A stretch of DNA of 63,881 nucleotides, the filler included, from Blastocystis sp. subtype 4 (Eukaryota), in assembly GCF_000743755.1 (NCBI RefSeq). It is 4 parts of 4 records of this genome, joined end to end, with 100 filler letters (N's around TTAATTAATTAA, not from the genome) between each part and the next. Parts side by side here need not be neighbours in the genome. Positions count along the whole stretch, not along the records: positions 52,954 to 63,881 come from NW_014569231.1; 3 more parts are not named here. The stretch is one strand, 5' to 3'. Numbering within the stretch: position 1 is the first letter of the stretch; each line of letters opens with the position of its first letter. Under the pieces are notes generated by a model. That model worked only from the letters and a program-made list of their open reading frames with translations, did no database searches and was not told the DNA's origin. The position numbers and the translations under genes are program-made. Of this stretch, positions 60,967 through 63,881 are shown in pieces.

Positions 60967-61834
60967 ATGAATTCAAATAGCACTATTCACGTTAACTGCC
61001 CGTCATGCCATGCACTGTTGGAAATCCCATCCCACGTTCGTAACTTTCAAGTATACCATGAACCGATTCTGTTATTTGTAGTGTCCCGTATGTACTAGAA
61101 CAGCTGCTCTGAGTACTCAATCATGCAACGGGATTCATCCATTAGATCCTACTCCTTCCCAAGCTAGTCAAACAAGCATTGCAAACAATGCTTATGCTCT
61201 TTTTCAGATGGTAGACATCAACAAGAAGTACTTAATGACAATTAAATGGATTAGTTTTAGTGGCTTCTTGGATTGTCAGGAACTTCAAGCTGCACTGTCA
61301 TCGGGAGGGATTTCATTCTCTCTCCAGACCGTGAATATTCTATTGGCAAAGCATGACCGTGAACGGAAGTAGTTATACTTTCGTATGTTAATTGTAGTGG
61401 TCAACTCGGTTTTGAAGAGTTTAAGTCGCTTCTTGATGAAGTATGGAAGTGGAAGGTTGAATTTGGGTATGACTTTGAGTCTAGAATGCTTTTGATTACT
61501 TTGATACCGATAAAAGTGGTGCTATTGACTTCCAGGAATTACAAGAAGCATTAGTTCAGATAGGGTATGAAATGGTGGGGAGTTTTAGAATAGGATTCAA
61601 TTGTCTCCTAGTACTTTCCAAACTGTATTTTTTTCTTCGGATATCGATCGTTCAGGATCAATTCAACTTGATCAGTTTATTAAAGTGAGTCTACGAGATA
61701 CGAATAAGGAGTAGCTCGTTACTGAACTTCAGTTGGGCCAAATTCGCTTTAACGCTCTTGATACACAAAAGGCAAATAAGATTGAGCTTACATATGACGC
61801 GTTCATCGATCTTCTTTTCTCCATCCGATCCTAA
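60967..61834 (+). CDS. Penta-EF-hand protein (ALG-2/peflin-like) with an N-terminal CxxC..CxxC finger; missed by the ORF track
   Basis: Spliced CPSCHALLEIPSHVRNFQCPVC, FQMVDINKNGFLDCQELQAAL, FDTDKSGAIDFQELQEAL, DIDRSGSIQLDQFIK. Confidence 0.85.
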
Positions 61835-61856
61835 TAGTTGTGTGATATTGATGGTG

Positions 61857-62564
61857 TTATTTCCAAACATACGATAGTACAGCAATCGGACTCTGAACGA
61901 TCTGGTTTCCCATATGTATATCGGATGGCTTCTTTATCCGATCGAAATCCTCAATCTCCTTCAGTAAATCATTCTCATCGAAAATATGGTTATCCATACT
62001 CCGTAGACCACGGACTTCATTGGAGGAGAACAAACGATAGAAGTAATAAGCAAGAACTGCGGAAAGACCCTTACGATCAGTGATTCGTAGAAAACTTACG
62101 TATATCACTGCACCACATACAATAATAACAACACCATAGATTGCAGAGAAGATAAAACACTGATTGAAGTTGTAGGCTACTTGACAATGATCTTCACGCA
62201 TCAGAATTAAATACATACCAACAACAATACTACTAATTAACCAAGGAGAAGATAGTTACTTTGCAATCATTTCACAGATACAGATAAGAACTAACTACAA
62301 GTTAATTTATGATTTAAGTATTACGAAGCGCACTTCCTTCCATCGAAAGTTGTAGGCAGCAAAGAATAACTCCAAACTGAATAGCATTGTTACTAGACCG
62401 ATAAACATAAGGACGTCCATGTGGATAAATACCATTTCGATAGACGAAAATAACTAATCCAATCAGTCCCTTCAATAACCATTTACCACACCAAGTGAAG
62501 ATCCAATCATCAAGAGTGCATTGCTCGGCAATTGTTTCTGCAAGGATCGATCAACAAGGTTCAT
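61857..62564 (-). CDS. Small polytopic membrane protein, hypothetical
   Basis: Several hydrophobic exons joined by ~30-nt introns. Confidence 0.5.
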
Positions 62565-63327
62565 AGAAACAAAACAATGTCAGAAATTACAAAACTAATC
62601 TTTTCTTTAATGCAAGTCCAAGAGCCATATAATACACAAGTAATTCAATTCCATATTTCTTTGTCGAAAGATCTATCGCTTACAATATACACAATTTACT
62701 ACCTCGTATTGTAGACTCAAAACGATCCAATGGGACCGAGAAAACCTCAATAACCTCATCCTCTTCCAAATGCAGTTTTACATTCTCTGGGAAATTTTCC
62801 TCCTGATCTAGATTTATCTAGATGTAAATGAAACGAACAGAACCAACCAGGACAGGGATCAAACAAAGTGACTCTGATCCAGTTCCAGAGCATACAGGGA
62901 GCAATGGGGCAGAATAACTATCAAGAAGTTTCCCTGTATATCCAGTTTCTTCTTTCAGTTCCCGTAAGGCAGCTTGTTCTTTCGATTCATTAGCATCGAT
63001 TAATCCTCCAGGAAATTCGATACAGTAACAGTTAACAGGAGGTCGATAGATCTTCTCCAAAAGGACCTCTTTCGTTTTTCTCGATGGTGAATAAAGGATT
63101 GGAAGAATGTTTACACCTACATCGAAGAAAGTAACGGTCACTTACCATCAAGACACCGAATATCATGGTCACCCTTGTTGATTCGTTCAACAATCTCATA
63201 GCTCTATATTATATCCAATTATCCTTCCACTTACCCGAATCTGTGTTTGACCTGGAAGACGATATTGTTTAATCCCCATCTTCAAGAATCGGCCTTGATA
63301 TTTCCAGTCCGTATGTAACGAACTCAT
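62561..63327 (-). CDS. NUDIX hydrolase, ADP-ribose pyrophosphatase (NUDT5)-like
   Basis: YRPP..CIEFPGGLIDANESKEQAALRELKEETGY (Nudix box). Confidence 0.9.
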
Positions 63328-63396
63328 CTTCAGAAGATAATTGTACTCAGGTAACAAACAACTCAATAACCACCGACAAAATGACAACACTTCATC

Positions 63397-63881
63397 TTAG
63401 AACATACGGAACTGCTTGCGGATGTTGGAGAGACCCTTGGACTTCTGAGACTCGTGATCAATGACGTTGAATCTCACAGTCTTCGACAGAGGTCCTACAG
63501 GTCACTTTCCCTACACTCTCTCACCTGCACTGACCAATCGTCACGATATCTCCCTCCTTCACATCGAAACAAGGAGAGCAGTGAGCAGGAATGTTGCGAT
63601 GTCTCTTTTCATAACTAGGCATCACTTGAACACCTCAATCTTACCGTCTGTACTTCTTAACATAACGGAGATAGTCACGACGGACAATGATGGTGCGCTC
63701 CATCTTGGTGGAAATCACCAGACCCTTCAGAATAGCTCCACGAATGGTAACAGAGGAAGTGAAAGGACACTTCTTATCAATATACTTTCCGTGAATAGCA
63801 GCCTCAGGGGTCTTGATGCCCAGACCCATATCAGCGTACCAACGCTGATTGGCCTTCTTACCAAGGAGATGGACCTTGCGG
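63397..63881 (-). CDS. RPS11: 40S ribosomal protein S11 (uS17), 5' end outside the window
   Basis: [49 protein letters not shown]. Confidence 0.96.

Overview
Gene-dense, AT-rich eukaryotic nuclear DNA. It has about 40 genes broken by tiny GT-AG introns of about 28-35 nt, very short intergenic spacers, and a recurrent TGTTTGTT element just after gene ends. This combination is diagnostic of the anaerobic gut stramenopile Blastocystis (inferred from architecture, not from a database match). The window is a pseudo-scaffold of four contigs joined by 100-nt N-TTAATTAATTAA-N linkers. Content: housekeeping genes (UBC4, GALE, H2A.X/H2B, RPS9, RPL9, RPL17, RPLP1, RPS11, eIF3g, SYF1, RPC4, TRAP-gamma); probable organelle (MRO)-targeted genes (ValRS, GluRS, Grx5, mL40, PPR-like, TruA, quinone reductase); glycan enzymes (GH29 fucosidase, fucosyltransferase); and an accessory block (Ig-like surface protein, large chitinase, MORN/LRR paralogues, IFI27-like). 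Best leads: (1) after splicing, three separate ORFs form one 1343-aa membrane-anchored protein fusing a lysozyme/lytic-transglycosylase-like domain to a GH18 chitinase; (2) at least four genes have no suitable genomic stop and would get it from polyadenylation (known in Blastocystis); (3) RPL17 and RPS9 have abnormally long first introns, one carrying a perfect poly(A) signal and the other a hairpin, suggesting ribosomal-protein autoregulation; (4) convergent genes share back-to-back 3'-end elements. Exon models were built by eye, so boundaries of multi-exon genes are approximate.
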